Source: Thermoleophilaceae bacterium
Lineage (GTDB): Bacteria; Actinomycetota; Thermoleophilia; Solirubrobacterales; Thermoleophilaceae
Direction of reading: 5' to 3'
NCBI GenBank assembly: GCA_036519295.1
Contig: DATDLN010000046.1
Coordinates: forward strand, 606 to 64,605
DNA length: 64,000 nt
Positions within the stretch are counted from its first letter, which is position 1, and every line of letters begins with the position of its first letter. This document shows positions 8,355 to 16,510 of this stretch, in pieces. Under the pieces are notes generated by a model. That model saw only the letters and a program-made list of their open reading frames with translations, ran no database searches and was not told where the DNA came from. A program made the translations under genes and the position numbers.

Positions 8355-9251
8355 GTGAGCTTGATCGAGTCGCCCGAGCGTTCCAGCACCCACGCGAGCG
8401 AAGCCGAGTCCCGACGGGCGTTGATCGAGGCGTTGAAGCGCCCCCGCTACGAGATCCTGCCGCTCGACGGGATCGCAGACGAGGTCGAGGCGCAGGTGCC
8501 GCGCGGGGTCAAGCTCACGGTCACGGCATCTCCCCGGCGGGGTCTAGACGCGACCCTCGAGCTCGCGGAGCGCCTGAGCGGCGCCGGCTATGCGGTCGCG
8601 CCGCACGTGTCCGCGCGCCTCGTCCCCGACGCCGCTCACCTGAAGGACCTGGTGCGGCGCCTTCGCTCCGCGGGGATCGACGACATGTTCGTGATCGCCG
8701 GCGACACGAGCGAGCCGGCGGGCGAGTTCGAAGGGGCTGCCGCCCTCCTCAAGGCGATGGGCGAGCTGCGCGAACGCTTCTCCGAGGTCGGTATCTCGGG
8801 CTACCCCGAGAGCCATCACGTGATCAGCGACGAGAACACCATCGAGGCCATGTTCGAGAAGGAGCCGATGGCCACGTACATCGTCAGCCAGATCTGCTTC
8901 GAGGCCGACGTGATCGAGACCTGGGTTCGCCGTGTGCGCGCCCGAGGCACCTTCCTCCCCATCTGGATCGGAGTGCCGGGAACCGTCGATAACCGCAGGC
9001 TGCTGCAGATCTCCCGGAAGATCGGGCTGGGCGAGTCGGCGCGCTTCCTCAGGGCGCACGGCGGCTGGGTGCGGCGCCTCGCCCTCCCGCGCCGCTACAC
9101 GCCCACCACCCTGGTCAGGGACATCGCGCCCTCGATCGCCGACCCTGGCGCACGGATAGCGGGCTTTCACATCTATACCTTCAACGAACTCGAGCGCACC
9201 GAGGAATGGCGGCGGCAGCTCGTCGAGCAGCTGATCGCACAGCACGAGTAG
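8355..9251 (+). CDS. metF: methylenetetrahydrofolate reductase family protein
   Basis: 298 aa, GTG start. MTHFR-like features read in the translation: RYEILPLDG...VKLTVTASPRRGLDATLELAERLSGAGYAVAPHVSARL...IDDMFVIAGD...ISGYPESH...QICFE. Confidence 0.75.
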   Translation: MSLIESPERSSTHASEAESRRALIEALKRPRYEILPLDGIADEVEAQVPRGVKLTVTASPRRGLDATLELAERLSGAGYAVAPHVSARLVPDAAHLKDLVRRLRSAGIDDMFVIAGDTSEPAGEFEGAAALLKAMGELRERFSEVGISGYPESHHVISDENTIEAMFEKEPMATYIVSQICFEADVIETWVRRVRARGTFLPIWIGVPGTVDNRRLLQISRKIGLGESARFLRAHGGWVRRLALPRRYTPTTLVRDIAPSIADPGARIAGFHIYTFNELERTEEWRRQLVEQLIAQHE

Positions 9252-9276
9252 GTCGACAGAAGGAGGAGCACCCACC

Positions 9277-10473
9277 GTGGCAGAGATCAACGAGCACCCC
9301 GGCATCCTGCTCTACACGCGTATCCGGAAGTCGCCGTACTTCTACGCGTCGCGGCGCCACGGCGTGCAGCTCTACAGCGTCTACAACCACACCTACCACC
9401 CGCGGCACTACGGCGATCCCGTCGAGGAGTACTGGCAGCTGCTGAACGGGGTCACGCTCTGGGACGTGGGCGTCGAGCGCCAGATCGAGATCAGCGGGCC
9501 CGACGCGTTCGATTTCACCAACCTGCTCGTCGCGCGCGACCTCAACAAGTGCGAGGTCGAGCAGTGCAAGTACGTGTTCAACTGCCTGCCCGACGGGGGG
9601 ATCATCAACGACCCGGTGCTGCTGCGCGTCGAGGAGAACCGCTTCTGGCTCTCGCTCGCCGACAGCGACGTGGAGCTCTGGGCCAGGGGCGTGGCCTACA
9701 ACTCCGATTACGACGTCGAGGTCAAGGAGATCGACGTCGGACCGGTGCAGGTGCAGGGGCCGAAGTCGAAGGACGTGATGGTCGACCTCTTCGGCGAGAG
9801 GATTCTCGAGATCCCCTACTACTTCCTCCGTCCCTTCGAGCTCAACGGCATGAAGGTGCTCGTCTCGCGCACCGGCTACACCGCCGAGCTGGGCTACGAG
9901 ATCTACCTCTACGACGCCAGCAAACACGGCGTGAAGCTCTGGGAGGCCGTGCTGGAGGCGGGCAAGCCGCACGACCTGGCCGTGATCGGCCCGTGCCACA
10001 TCCGGCGAATCGAGGGCGGCATCCTCGCCCTTGGGTGCGACATGTGGTACGACACGAATCCCTACGAGGTCGGCATGGGCTACGACTGGATGGTCGACCT
10101 GGAGCAGGGCTCCGACTTCATCGGCAAGGAGGCGCTCCACCGCATCAAGGAGGAGGGGCCGAAGCGCAAGCTGGTGGGAGTCGAGATCGGCGGCGACCGG
10201 CTCGGCGCCTACAACGACGGCACGATGATCGACGTCTTCCCCGTGCATATGAACGGCGGGCGAGTCGGCGAGGTGACCTCGGCCTGCCACTCGCCGCGGC
10301 TCGAGAAGAACATCGGCTACGCGATGGTCCCGATCGAGCACAGCGAGCTCGGCACGGAGTTCGAGGTGGAGCGGCCCGACGGAACGGCGTCGGCGGTGGT
10401 CGTCGAGAAGCCGTTCATCGATCCGAAGAAGGAGACGCCGAAGCAGCAGCTCGCCACGGGCCAGGGGACCTGA
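9277..10473 (+). CDS. stand-alone GcvT-family aminomethyltransferase-fold protein, DmdA-like THF-dependent demethylase candidate
   Basis: 398 aa, preceded by the strong SD AAGGAGGAG. Sequence reads YNHTYHPRHYGDPVEEYWQLLNGVTLWDVGVERQIEISGPDAFDF...GGIINDPVLLRVEENRFWLSLADSD...GPVQVQGPKSKDV...SRTGYTAELGYEIY...IRRIEGGILALG...FIGKEAL. It has no FAD domain. Confidence 0.75.
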   Translation: MAEINEHPGILLYTRIRKSPYFYASRRHGVQLYSVYNHTYHPRHYGDPVEEYWQLLNGVTLWDVGVERQIEISGPDAFDFTNLLVARDLNKCEVEQCKYVFNCLPDGGIINDPVLLRVEENRFWLSLADSDVELWARGVAYNSDYDVEVKEIDVGPVQVQGPKSKDVMVDLFGERILEIPYYFLRPFELNGMKVLVSRTGYTAELGYEIYLYDASKHGVKLWEAVLEAGKPHDLAVIGPCHIRRIEGGILALGCDMWYDTNPYEVGMGYDWMVDLEQGSDFIGKEALHRIKEEGPKRKLVGVEIGGDRLGAYNDGTMIDVFPVHMNGGRVGEVTSACHSPRLEKNIGYAMVPIEHSELGTEFEVERPDGTASAVVVEKPFIDPKKETPKQQLATGQGT

Positions 10474-11282
10474 GCACCGCGGTCCACACCCTCTCCGGCC
10501 CGCTCGACGACGAGCGGCGCGGAGAGCTTGTCTTCCGAGGCGACCTGCTCGTCTTCAAGCGGGTGCCGCCGCTGCTCGAGGCGGCGCGCTTGGTGGATGC
10601 TCTGATCGGAGCGGCGCCCGGCCCGCCGGACTTGGCCGCAATCGACGAGCTTCAGCGAGACGTTCGGACAGACCCCCGGATGAAGGAGCTCTTCCGCGCG
10701 GCGCTCGAGCACCTGGGCGTCGACCCGGCCCGGAGCTACTGGGACTCCATCTACCTGCGCGTCGTGCCGCCGATCGAGCGGGGCGCCGAGCGACAGATTG
10801 GGAGGATCGGGTTCCATCGCGACACGTGGTCGTCCAACGTGCTCCAGCAGACGAACTGGTGGACGACGATCCGTCCGCTCGCCGCCGACCGCACGATCGC
10901 CTTCTATCCCGACTATTGGTCCCGGCCGATCGCCAACACGAGCGCGGATTGGGATCTCGACGAGATCCGCGCCCTCCGCAGGAGCGGGGAGCGCGACGAG
11001 GACATAGCGATCGTGCCGGAGCCCAGCGAGCCGGTGGACACCTCGTCGGAGCTTCGGATCGTGATCGAGCCGGGCGATCTCCTCTGCTTCTCCGGGGCGC
11101 ACCTGCACGCGAGCGTGCCCAATGTGTCGGAAAGAACGCGGGTCAGCGTCGAACTTCGAACGGTGAACCTTGACGACCTGGCGCAGGGTCGCGGCGCCCC
11201 AGACATCGACGGACGGGCCCCGAAGGTTCCGCTGGGGTGGTTTCGGTCGATGGAGGACGGGTCGCAGCTGCGGCCGCCTTAG
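10470..11282 (+). CDS. Fe(II)/2-oxoglutarate-dependent oxygenase-like protein (PhyH-like)
   Basis: C-terminal part of ORF 9549..11282. HxD...H...RxS arrangement: GFHRDTW ... GAHLHASVPNVSERTRVSVELR. High GC3 begins right at the stop of the upstream gene. There is no ATG/GTG/TTG in frame before GTG 10563; CTG 10470 overlaps TGA 10471. Confidence 0.6.
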   Translation: MSTAVHTLSGPLDDERRGELVFRGDLLVFKRVPPLLEAARLVDALIGAAPGPPDLAAIDELQRDVRTDPRMKELFRAALEHLGVDPARSYWDSIYLRVVPPIERGAERQIGRIGFHRDTWSSNVLQQTNWWTTIRPLAADRTIAFYPDYWSRPIANTSADWDLDEIRALRRSGERDEDIAIVPEPSEPVDTSSELRIVIEPGDLLCFSGAHLHASVPNVSERTRVSVELRTVNLDDLAQGRGAPDIDGRAPKVPLGWFRSMEDGSQLRPP

Positions 11283-11926
11283 AGCCGCGCGTCGCGCTCG
11301 TGCACGAGACGCCAGGCGCGCACTCGCCGGCCGGCGCCCGTAAGCGCCGCCACGCTGCCGCGACCGTGGGCTTCGAGGTGGGTGGCCAGGGCGAGGAACG
11401 CCTGGGCCGTCGTGAGGGCGTCGCCCTCGGCGTCGTGCGGGCGATGCGCCGGGAGCCCGAGCGAGGCGGCGACGTCGCCGAGCGAGCGCGAGCCGGAGTC
11501 GCCCTCGCCGCGCTCGATGCCCAGCAGGCGCCAAAGCAGTGCGGTATCGACCGCCGGGCGAGGCGGCAGGCGCTCGAGCGGCCCGCGGTGGGCGCGTAGG
11601 AACGCGCGTTCCACCCCCACCACGTGGGCCACCAGGGTACGGTGGCGCATCGCGCCCATCAGCGGCATGAGCGCCTCCGGGGGCGGCGGCGCTGAAGCCA
11701 GGTCCTGGGCGCGCAGGCCGTGGATCTGGATCGAGCGCGGGGACAGCGAAGCCGCCGGCCGCACCAGCCCGCTCACGGCGCCCCCGGCGAGGATGCGCCC
11801 CTCTTCCACGGGGATCGCCGCGTAGGAGATCACCTCGTCGCGCCGGGGGTCGAGTCCGGTTGTCTCGACGTCGACCACGACGAAGCGGGCCGCCCGCCAG
11901 GAGGTCCGCCAGGGGAGGGGCCTCAC
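11279..11926 (-). CDS. DEDDh 3'-5' exonuclease (DnaQ/PolIII epsilon-like)
   Basis: 215 aa. Exo I FVVVDVETTGLDP, Exo II-like LVAHVVGVERAFL, Exo III HRPHDAEGDALTTAQAF. Confidence 0.8.
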   Translation of the reverse strand: MRPLPWRTSWRAARFVVVDVETTGLDPRRDEVISYAAIPVEEGRILAGGAVSGLVRPAASLSPRSIQIHGLRAQDLASAPPPPEALMPLMGAMRHRTLVAHVVGVERAFLRAHRGPLERLPPRPAVDTALLWRLLGIERGEGDSGSRSLGDVAASLGLPAHRPHDAEGDALTTAQAFLALATHLEAHGRGSVAALTGAGRRVRAWRLVHERDARL

Positions 11927-13761
11927 CGTCCGGACAGCCCGAGCTTGAGCGCGACTCCCCGCTGTACCTTCGCTACGGCGCGAAACGCCTCCTTGAGGGA
12001 GGTGCGGGTGAGCGGGGCGAGGCGCTCCGGGTCGATCAAGTCGTCGGGCGGCAGTCCCTCCCGCAGCCGTCCCACGTGGTGCTCCATACGCAGCGCGCAG
12101 ACGAGCTCGAAGGCGTCACGCAGGACCGCCGCGTCGTCGGCCTCGAGCGTCCCTTCCGCTTCGGCGGCCTCCAGTCGCGCCCGGGTAGACGCCGCGGTCA
12201 CCCCGGATGCCAGCCCGGCCCAGCGCGCCAGCGACTCGATCGGGATCAGCCCGCCGCGCTTGATGTCGAGCCTTCCCTTGCGCTCGCCGCTCGACTCGAG
12301 CACGAAGTGGCGGAAGAAGCCGGTGGGTGGACGCTCGGCAAGCGCGGCGATGGCAAGCCGGCGCAGCGTGCGGTCGCGCCGTGGAATCCCGGCGAAGGCG
12401 GCGGCGAGCCGCTCGGCCGCCGTGGTGGCCCCCCATACCGCGGCGCTCTCCACGACGACCCCCAGAAGCATCAGGCCGCGACCCCGGTCGGGATCCTCGA
12501 GCCACTCCTCGGCCGCCCGCTCCCATTCGATGATCGACCGCGCGAATAGCGGGTTCGATGCCACCGCCCCGCGGCCGTCGGGAACCAGTCCGCTGGCCGA
12601 CAGCCCCGCCAGCACCCGCCTGGCCAGCGCGAGCATGCTTTCCCGCGGGCCCGGATCGTCGCCGCCGTCCCAGGCGAGCGCGCAGTCGACGTCCGAGCCA
12701 GGGAAGGGCTCACGGCGGCCGAAGCTGCCGAGCGCAAGCCAGGAGTAGGGCACGGGGGGCGGGCCAAGCTCCTCGTGCGCAATCTCGATCAGGCGGCGGG
12801 TGACGGTGTCGTGGATGCTCGCGATCATTCGGCTGATCACCGGCGCGGGGACGTCCCCGTCGTACAGCGCAATCACCGTCTGCGGGAGCTCGGTCGCCGC
12901 CTCGGCCACGCCGGCGGCATCCTTGCTGCGTGCGATCAGCGATCGGAGGTGGAAGGGGGCGCGCCGCTCGCTCGCCATCAGGTCCACGTCGTCGATCACC
13001 CCGATCAGCTGACCGCGCGCCTCGAGCACCAGCAGGTGCCGAACGCCGTGGTCGAGCATTTCGACCAGCGCCTCCGAGGCCGTGGTGTCGGCCGTCACCG
13101 TCCGCGCCGGTGCGGTCATGATCTCCGCGAGCGGCGTGTCGGGTGCGGCGCCCGCGGCGACGACCCCGGTGCGGATGTCGTGGTCGGTCACGATGCCGTG
13201 CCCGTCGCCGAGGTCCGTGACGACGCACGAGCGCCCCTTCTCGACCATTCGCTGTGCCGCCTCCTGTACGGGCGTGGCGGGTGGGCAGACGAGCGCCGGC
13301 GCGCGGATGAGCTCGCGCACCACACGGCCCGTGGCGGATGGCGGGGGTTCAGGCTCGGGGCTCGCGAGCAGCCGCCCCTCGCGCGTCAGCGACGCCGCGA
13401 GGAAACGCACCGCCGCCGGTCGCTCGAGCACCGGGCGAATCGCGCGCTCCGGAATGCGGTAGACGAGCGTGTCCTCGGCGGCGCGCGCGACGAATCCCAG
13501 CGGGCTCTCCGCGAGCAGGGAGGCGAACCCGAACATCTCGCCCTCGCCGACGAGGTCGAGCAGCCGGCCGCCGCTCAAGAGCTCCACCGACCCGCGCCTC
13601 ACGACGTAGGCGAACTCGGCCGTCGCCTCGGCGCTCTCGAGGATCGGCGCGCGGGCGGCATGGAACTCGATCTCGGCAGCGGCGGCGACGCTCCGGAGCG
13701 CCTCCTCGTCGAGCGTGTCGAAGGGAGGGTGGCGCTGAAGAAACTCGGCGATGTCGTACAT
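11923..13761 (-). CDS. cNMP-binding + tandem CBS + DUF294-type nucleotidyltransferase signalling protein
   Basis: 612 aa. N-terminal cyclic-nucleotide-binding-like segment (GEGEMFGFASLL), a CBS pair (VTDLGDGHGIVTDHDI... / LLVLEARGQLIGVIDDVDL), and an NTase motif (LALGSFGRREPFPGSDVDCAL). It overlaps the exonuclease start by 4 nt. Confidence 0.75.
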   Translation of the reverse strand: MYDIAEFLQRHPPFDTLDEEALRSVAAAAEIEFHAARAPILESAEATAEFAYVVRRGSVELLSGGRLLDLVGEGEMFGFASLLAESPLGFVARAAEDTLVYRIPERAIRPVLERPAAVRFLAASLTREGRLLASPEPEPPPSATGRVVRELIRAPALVCPPATPVQEAAQRMVEKGRSCVVTDLGDGHGIVTDHDIRTGVVAAGAAPDTPLAEIMTAPARTVTADTTASEALVEMLDHGVRHLLVLEARGQLIGVIDDVDLMASERRAPFHLRSLIARSKDAAGVAEAATELPQTVIALYDGDVPAPVISRMIASIHDTVTRRLIEIAHEELGPPPVPYSWLALGSFGRREPFPGSDVDCALAWDGGDDPGPRESMLALARRVLAGLSASGLVPDGRGAVASNPLFARSIIEWERAAEEWLEDPDRGRGLMLLGVVVESAAVWGATTAAERLAAAFAGIPRRDRTLRRLAIAALAERPPTGFFRHFVLESSGERKGRLDIKRGGLIPIESLARWAGLASGVTAASTRARLEAAEAEGTLEADDAAVLRDAFELVCALRMEHHVGRLREGLPPDDLIDPERLAPLTRTSLKEAFRAVAKVQRGVALKLGLSGR

Positions 13762-13771
13762 AAGCCCCGGG

Positions 13772-13793
13772 CCGGATCGCCAGATATATCAGT
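13772..13793. promoter_or_regulatory. CCGGATCGCCAGATATATCAGT, site 3 of the recurring motif (core GATATATC palindrome)
   Basis: Read directly. It is near-identical (one extra C) to the 21-mer at 14883..14903 and abuts the -35 box of the promoter below. Confidence 0.55.
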
Positions 13794-13794
13794 C

Positions 13795-13823
13795 TTGACA
13801 TGCCTGCCCGAGATTGAGATATT
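13795..13823 (+). promoter_or_regulatory. sigma-70-like promoter TTGACA-N17-GATATT with TG extension
   Basis: TTGACA at 13795..13800, a 17-nt spacer, TG at 13815..13816, and GATATT at 13818..13823. It lies upstream of the substrate-binding protein gene. Confidence 0.5.
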
Positions 13824-13866
13824 GCGGCACCGGGCTCCGGACGGCAACGTCCCCGCACCGAAGCCC

Positions 13867-14874
13867 TTGACGAGGAGGAGGGGAGCGACGCTGCGCAAGC
13901 TGAGAGGAGCGAGAGCATTTGCCGGCCTCGCGGTCATCGGCACGGCTCTCGTGCTCTTCGGCGCCGGCTGCGGGGACGACGAGCCGGCCGCCGGCGAGAA
14001 ACCCGGCGAGGGGGAGACGATCAGGATCGCGGTCAACCCGTGGACCGGGTCGGCGGTCAACGCGAACGTGGCGAAGATCCTCCTCGAGCGGGAGCTCGGC
14101 TACAAGGTGGAGCTCGTGAAGATCGACGAGAACAGCCAGTTCCCGGCCATCGCATCGGACGAGCTGGACGCCTCGCTCGAGGTCTGGCCCTCGGGACACG
14201 CGGCCGACATCAACCGCTATATCGAGGGCCGACGCGGCGGCCCGCTCCGGGACGGCGGAATCGTCAACGACGGCAACCTGGGGATCATCGGGAACATCGG
14301 CTGGTGGGTTCCCAACTACCTGCTGAAGGACCATCCCGAGCTCGCCCGCTGGCAGGGACTCAAGGGCAACGAGGACTTGGTGAACGGCGAGTTCCTCGCC
14401 GGGGACCCGACGTTCGTGTCCTACGACAGCGAGATCATCAAGAACCTCGGCCTCGACCTGAAGATCGTCAACACCGGCTCCGAGCGAGCCCTGCTGCAGG
14501 CCATCGACAAGGCCTACAAGGCGAAGCAGCCCTTCCTCACCTACTTCTACACGCCACATTGGGCGCACCGGAAGTACGACCTCACGGAGGTTCAGCTCCC
14601 GGCCTACGACGAGCACTGCGAGGAAGCCGCGCGCGATCACGACGGCAAGGGCTACGACTGCGACTACGCCAACGACGTCCTCTTCAAGATGGGGTGGCTG
14701 GGGCTGCAGGACAAGGCGCCTGAGGCGGCCAGTTTTCTCGAGAAGTTCAACTACTCGACCGACGATCAGCAGGAGATCGCCTTCGAGGCGGACGCTCAAG
14801 GCATGCCAATCCGACAGGCCGCGGAGCAGTGGATCGATCAGAACCCGGACGTCTGGCGGAAGTGGCTCTCGTGA
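13867..14874 (+). CDS. glycine betaine/choline-type ABC substrate-binding lipoprotein (OpuAC/ProX-like), orphan
   Basis: C-terminal part of ORF 12775..14874. Lipoprotein signal ...AFAGLAVIGTALVLFGAGC, and Trp-rich binding-site segments NPWTGS, LEVWPSG, GWWVPNY. The start is either TTG 13867 (no SD) or CTG 13891, which follows the strong SD GGAGGAGGGGAG. Confidence 0.8.
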   Translation: MTRRRGATLRKLRGARAFAGLAVIGTALVLFGAGCGDDEPAAGEKPGEGETIRIAVNPWTGSAVNANVAKILLERELGYKVELVKIDENSQFPAIASDELDASLEVWPSGHAADINRYIEGRRGGPLRDGGIVNDGNLGIIGNIGWWVPNYLLKDHPELARWQGLKGNEDLVNGEFLAGDPTFVSYDSEIIKNLGLDLKIVNTGSERALLQAIDKAYKAKQPFLTYFYTPHWAHRKYDLTEVQLPAYDEHCEEAARDHDGKGYDCDYANDVLFKMGWLGLQDKAPEAASFLEKFNYSTDDQQEIAFEADAQGMPIRQAAEQWIDQNPDVWRKWLS

Positions 14875-14882
14875 CCGAGTGT

Positions 14883-14903
14883 CCGGATCGCAGATATATC
14901 AGT
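14883..14903. promoter_or_regulatory. CCGGATCGCAGATATATCAGT, site 4 of the recurring motif
   Basis: Read directly. It ends 20 nt before the GTG 14923 of the permease, just upstream of the SD GGGGAGG. Confidence 0.55.
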
Positions 14904-14922
14904 TGCAGAGGGGAGGTCGCCC

Positions 14923-16503
14923 GTGGCGACGGAAGTTTCTGACGCCCACTCGGACGAGCTCGCCGAGTTCGGCTACAAGCAGGAGCTCGACCGCAGCATC
15001 GGGAAGTTCGCCAGCTTCGCGGCCGGCATCAGCTACATCTCGATCCTGACGGGCGTCTTCCAGCTCTTCTTCTTCGGATTCGCGATCGGCGGGCCGGCCT
15101 ACTGGTGGACGTGGCCGATGGTCTTCGCCGGCCAGGTGATGGTGGCCCTCTGCTTCGCGGAGCTGGCCGCCAACTTCCCTGTGGCCGGGTCGATCTACAA
15201 CTGGGCCAAGCGCCTGGGCACCGCGACGATCGCGTGGCTGGGCGGCTGGATGATGCTCACCGCCTCGGTGGTCACGCTCTCCGCAGTGGCCCTCGCCTAC
15301 CAGTACACGCTGCCCCAGATCTCCTCGGCGTTCCAGTTCGTCGGCGACGGGACCGGCAAATACGACTACGCCGGCAACGCCGTCCTTCTCGGGACGGTGC
15401 TGATCCTGTTCACGACGATCATCAACGCCCTGGGCGTGAAGCTGATGGCACGGATCAACAGCGCCGGCGTGTTCATCGAGCTGGTCGCAGCGGTGCTGCT
15501 GATCGTCCTGCTCGCGGCCAACATCACGCGCGGCCCCGATGTGCTGTTCGATACGCAGGGCACCGGTGAAGGCCACAGCTGGGGCTATCTCGGCGCCTTC
15601 TTGACCGCGGCGCTCGCCTCCGCCTACGTGATGTACGGCTTCGATACCGCCAGCTCGCTCGGCGAGGAGACCGTAGACCCGCGCCGCACTGCGCCGACCG
15701 CGATCATGCGCGCGGTCATCGCCTCCTTCCTGCTCGGCGGCGCGATCCTGCTGTTCGCCATCCTCTCGGTGAGCAACATCAACTCCCCCGAGATCGCGAA
15801 GGGCGGGCTTCAGTTCGTGGTCCTCGACGTGCTCGGCGACACCATGGGCAAGGTCTTCCTGGTCTGCGTGGCCATCGCGGTAACGGTCTGCTGCCTGGCC
15901 GTGCACACGGCCACGATCCGGATGATGTTCGCCATGGCGCGCGACAACAACCTGCCGGCGGGAGAGCGGCTCGCGAAGGTCCACCCGAAGACCAAGACGC
16001 CGATCATTCCCGCCGTCCTGATCGGCTTCCTCGGGGTCCTGATCCTGGTTGTGAACATCAAGCAGCCGCAGATCTTCACCGTCATCACGAGCATCGGGAT
16101 CATCATGATCTACATCGCCTACCTGCTCGTGACGGTGCCGACGCTCTTCAGCCGGCTACGCGGCGAGTGGCCCCCGAAGGACGCGAAGGAGAAGGGCTAC
16201 TTCTCGCTCGGGAAGCTCGGCCTTCCGATCAACATCCTCGCGGTCGTGTGGGGAGCGGGCATGGCGATCAACCTCGCCTGGCCACGCAAGGACGTCTACA
16301 ACGCGACCGAGCCCTTCCACTGGTACCTCCAGTACGGCGCGATCCTGTTCATCGGCGTCGTCTTCTTCGGCGGACTGGCGTACTACTGGTTCGTACAGCG
16401 CCACAAGACGGGCGTTCTGGCCTCGCACGCGATAGAGGCCGGCGCGCCGGCCGGGGCGGGCCCGGCGGTGCGGCCGGCTCCGGCCTCATCCTCCCCGGAG
16501 TAG
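14923..16503 (+). CDS. APC-superfamily amino acid/choline-type permease
   Basis: 526 aa, about 12 hydrophobic helices, with the N-terminal signature FASFAAGISYISILTG...AELAANFPVAGSIYNW. Confidence 0.85.
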   Translation: MATEVSDAHSDELAEFGYKQELDRSIGKFASFAAGISYISILTGVFQLFFFGFAIGGPAYWWTWPMVFAGQVMVALCFAELAANFPVAGSIYNWAKRLGTATIAWLGGWMMLTASVVTLSAVALAYQYTLPQISSAFQFVGDGTGKYDYAGNAVLLGTVLILFTTIINALGVKLMARINSAGVFIELVAAVLLIVLLAANITRGPDVLFDTQGTGEGHSWGYLGAFLTAALASAYVMYGFDTASSLGEETVDPRRTAPTAIMRAVIASFLLGGAILLFAILSVSNINSPEIAKGGLQFVVLDVLGDTMGKVFLVCVAIAVTVCCLAVHTATIRMMFAMARDNNLPAGERLAKVHPKTKTPIIPAVLIGFLGVLILVVNIKQPQIFTVITSIGIIMIYIAYLLVTVPTLFSRLRGEWPPKDAKEKGYFSLGKLGLPINILAVVWGAGMAINLAWPRKDVYNATEPFHWYLQYGAILFIGVVFFGGLAYYWFVQRHKTGVLASHAIEAGAPAGAGPAVRPAPASSSPE

Positions 16504-16510
16504 GGCCGGC

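Noticed and set aside
9181-10341. 386-aa minus-strand ORF opposite the GcvT-family gene
   Set aside because: It is an antisense shadow. The plus-strand product carries clear family motifs and a strong SD, and the minus-strand product carries none.
10440-10480. Programmed -1 ribosomal frameshift fusing the GcvT-family protein to the downstream oxygenase
   Set aside because: The downstream ORF is in the -1 frame and lacks a canonical start. However, I found no slippery heptamer (X XXY YYZ) and no obvious downstream pseudoknot or hairpin at the junction. Reinitiation at CTG is the simpler idea.
12775-13866. Upstream ~360 codons of the 699-aa ORF 12775..14874
   Set aside because: It is antisense to the DUF294 gene and compositionally biased. 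The binding protein clearly starts at its lipoprotein signal peptide near 13867/13891.
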